Assembly (NCBI GenBank): GCA_963719315.1
Contig: CAVRBU010000002.1
Location: 1,536,001-1,600,000 of the forward strand
DNA from: an uncultured Planctomycetota bacterium
GTDB taxonomy: Bacteria > Planctomycetota > Planctomycetia > Pirellulales > Lacipirellulaceae
Length of the DNA stretch: 64,000 nt
Direction of reading: 5' to 3'
Part shown: positions 60,814 through 64,000 of the stretch, piece after piece
How the letters are laid out: the number at the start of each line of letters is the position of its first letter
How positions within the stretch are numbered: position 1 is the first letter of the stretch
Translations under genes and position numbers: made by a program
The notes under the pieces: generated by a model
Database searches by the model: none
The model's input: the letters and a program-made list of their open reading frames with translations, nothing else
Told to the model about the DNA's origin: nothing

Positions 60814-62044
60814 TCAACCGGCCGGCGATTCATCGAATACAGCGTCCCAGGAGTAATAGTTCGGGTCTTGCTGTAGCCCGATGCGATCGCGCAATCGCGA
60901 AGTCCAATGCGCTTTGAAATTCTCCGCTGAATGAAAACGCACGAAGCGCCTGGCCGCCGGCGTCGGCGTTTTCTCTGTTGCATTTTCGATTGCAACACGT
61001 AGCGACGTTGCAAAAGCTCGTTCATCATCCACGTCGACTTGCCAACCCAAATCGAACTCACGAACGGCCCAACCCGTCCAGCCGAAGTTATCGGTAAGCA
61101 CAGGCCTTCCCGCCGCCGCCGCACGAATAATGAAGCTTGAAGACCCCATGCGGAATTTTGCGGGAACGCAAACGACGTTGCTAGCCATGACCCCCAACAT
61201 GAGTTCTTCGACGGTCAAATGACGGTCAATCGTTATGACTTGGCCTGAACGAACTAAATCACCAAAGTCTTTTGCGACACAGCTTCGGACGGTTTCCGAC
61301 ATTGGGCCAGCCAACAACAGCCGATCGTCGGAAGAAAATTTAGCGCGTTGATATGCCGACAGCAGTCGGGCTACACGATTTTGGTCGAACAACACGCCCA
61401 AATACCCTGCATAGCGGCCCGAGGCAGGAATCCCCAATGTCGCTCGCGCGACTTCCGGATCGACCTGTGACACGCCCTCTACCGGATCCGGCATCAGTCG
61501 AAAGTGGTGCGCTCGATCAGGGTACTGTCGGCAGATCGATTCATACGGAATTGGGTCCAAAAAGTGCAGAATCTCCCAATTTGCTTTCGGCACAAACAGT
61601 CGTGACAAAGTACGGCTCAATTGTTTGCGCCGGTGGGGAGCTGGATACGCGAACGTGCTGCGAAAGTTTAGACCCTCAGCTTCTACGCCTGCAGGCCAAC
61701 GGGCCTTCCAACCCACGGATCGCCTGCGCTCCGAGATAAAGTGTTATAAGGTCCGCGTAAGGCACCCATACGTGATCGGCACGATGAGTTCTCACTGCCC
61801 GAAGCAACTCTGCGAACAACTGATGAGCATAGGCGGCTGAGTGGCTCGTCGGAGGCAATTGCTCGTCCCATTCCACTTGTGCCGAAACATCCTGAAGGTG
61901 AAGCGCGAACTGTGGCGTTTGGCTTGCGCCATGGCAGGTGAGGACAGTAGCTTTCTGGTCGATCTCGGCAATGCCGCTGAGTAGATGGCACAGATACGGC
62001 GAGTGGTGGCCCGTTAGGTCAGGCTCCACGATAAGTACTCGCAT
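60814..62044 (-). CDS. Glycosyltransferase (frameshift near 61715)
   Basis: MRVLIVEPDLTGHH N-terminus; C-terminal GT-B-like half (MPDPV; SS..IRAAAAGRPVL). Confidence 0.7.
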
Positions 62045-62560
62045 CGGCAAACCGGTGGTGGTGCTTGAGCGCCTTAACTCAGAGGCTGTCCGGAAACTAG
62101 ACCTCGGGAATTGCAGAGTCAATTAGTGCTAGCGAGCAATCGCGGACTCTTGATTAAAAGTGTCTGATGAAATCGACCGATCCGTGCGCTCAAAAAAGGC
62201 CCTGAAAACTTGATGCATGTATTCGGACAGCCTCTCAGCTATTTGTCGCCAAGTTCCTTCAACTGTTCAAACCGCGTTGAAACTCTGCAAATTGCGCAAG
62301 CATTATCAAAATGCTAAGCCCTCACGGCCTCGCCCAGGGCTTTATCGTATTCCTGATGTGTCCAGCGATAAGTTCGCTCCATGCCGTCGCGCATCCAAAC
62401 GCGGGCATTTTACTACTCAGAGTTCGGTGAAGTCAATAATCAATTGCAACACAATTGTTTGCCGAGCACCAAGTCATCCGCCGTTCGTATCTGTGTGACA
62501 CCGACCTTTCATTCTCCTCTTCACGTTACACAATGCATTGCGATCGAATTGCTTCCTGGA

Positions 62561-64000
62561 TCAGGGCCCGATTAGTCCCGTGATGTTCGCCGCCGTATAC
62601 GCGTTGTCAGGCGCAAGCGCCCGACCTAAGGCGACACCATAGCGTTTCCACAACTTCTGATTGATTAAACCCACGTACTCGGGCGGCACGCCTTCGCGCG
62701 GCGCCGAGAAGAGCACGGTGTTCGCCTCCTGCTGGGTGTAATATAAACGCTGATTGCTGAACGGACCAAAATCGAGGATTACGATATCGTCGTAGAACAG
62801 CTGGTCGAGGCTCGTGATTGTGCCTCTCGTGTCAAGATCCATGATAATCCGCGGCACAACCTGTAAACCGGTGATTAAGGCGTGCCTGTCGATACCGGAT
62901 TGGATTAAGATATCTCGACTATTGTTGCGAAAGGTCACACCGTTGACGATCGACATACCCTGCCGAGGTAGATTAATTCCAGTGCCGTACCCCTGGACGG
63001 TAAGCTCGTTGAAGATGATATTCTGCGTCATCGTATTCGTACCAATGCCATACAGAGGCTTGATACTTGGCCGGCATAGATCACCTTGAGTTGATCGAGA
63101 ATCGTCTGGTGGGCATAGGGAATGCGGATGCCTATCGTGTTATTCCAAAACGCGGAGTTTTGAATCACGCTATACCGACCGGCCGTATCATTTTCCATGA
63201 GATACCAGGCTTCCAGCCCTGCACCCGACGCATAGCCAACATTATTGGCAAATCCGGCCACAGGCATTTTGCCGACGTTGATCGTCTCGGCACCCTCCGC
63301 AATCGAGGGGTCAGACAAATTGGCCGATTTGAACTGCTTGTGGCCGAGTGACCGGGCAAAATAAGGTGAATGCGCTGCCGGCATTTCCGGCGGAGACGTT
63401 GTTTTCGACCGTGACCCCGACTCCTTGCAACCAGAACCCATCGCCGCGATGCCCAAAGTCGCCGATGTCATTACGCGATCGACGGCCTCACCCGAACCTG
63501 ACGTACCGATCGCCATGTTACCGATGAAGCTGCCGGTTTCGTCGCCGACTTCCGACGTAAAGGCCGCGCCATGCACGTCGAAGGCGACGTTATCCGATCA
63601 TGTCGACATTGCTGCTGTGATTGACATAACCCCAACCAGGGCTATCGACAACGGCGCTGCCAATGACAACCGCCGGATCGTCATCATACTCGTGCCGGTG
63701 CGGTGGAAATGTACGGCATATCGGGCGCGGGGATTCGTACCTGTGCCCGGCTTGAGCGTCCAATCGCGTTAACAACCGGATCGTTGATCGGCTGCGATTT
63801 GTCGGTGCGGCCCAAGTTGTAGAAACCGGCGTACCCGATGTTCACGTCGCGATTGTGCATGAACATCACTGGCCGCGGCGGTCGATCGCGGTGCTTTCCG
63901 ATTCGATTACGGCGTTACGAGTTACGTTCGCGAAATGAATATCCAGATCGGTCGACGGCGCAACGTGACTGTAGGTGAGCGCCTGATCGAGCAACACATT
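62561..64000 (-). CDS. C-terminal part of a G8/parallel beta-helix protein (several frameshifts; runs off window)
   Basis: LGRTDK; AVVDSPGWGYVNHSS; GAAFTSEVGDETGSF fragments in different frames. Confidence 0.65.

Noticed and set aside
62100..62560. Possible ncRNA or small gene in an AT-richer gap
   Set aside because: No convincing structure or protein-like ORF; probably promoter DNA

Overview
A GC-rich bacterial window that looks like a planctomycete, based on PSD1/DUF1501, DUF1552/DUF1592 and DUF1559 genes and an orphan mch. Most of it is core genome: serS, clpS, mtaB, gap, mch, cimA, valS, an aspS-hom-apgM-aspartate kinase run, oleC/oleD-like genes, tig-clpP-clpP and tRNA-Gly. A surface polysaccharide/LPS region follows (about 49.5-62 kb). 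Accessory parts are an MmeI-like type IIL R-M gene with an in-frame TAA, a VapBC-type TA pair, an IS630 that splits a small membrane gene, and a type ISP R-M remnant. About a dozen scattered frameshifts, some in housekeeping genes, suggest indel errors from a long-read assembly. The most striking unexplained structure is a family of inverted arrays of imperfect 7-nt tandem repeats at about 12 loci, each with its own unit sequence; one pair brackets a four-helix-bundle (23S IVP/Avd-like) gene. A parallel 9-nt repeat architecture brackets a GxxExxY gene. This suggests gene-bearing and gene-less elements, some now in frame inside proteins. Also seen are an Ile/Val leader-peptide attenuator separated from cimA by a TPR gene, and a secreted repeat protein that is about 30% Cys. 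All family assignments come from motif recognition; no searches were run.
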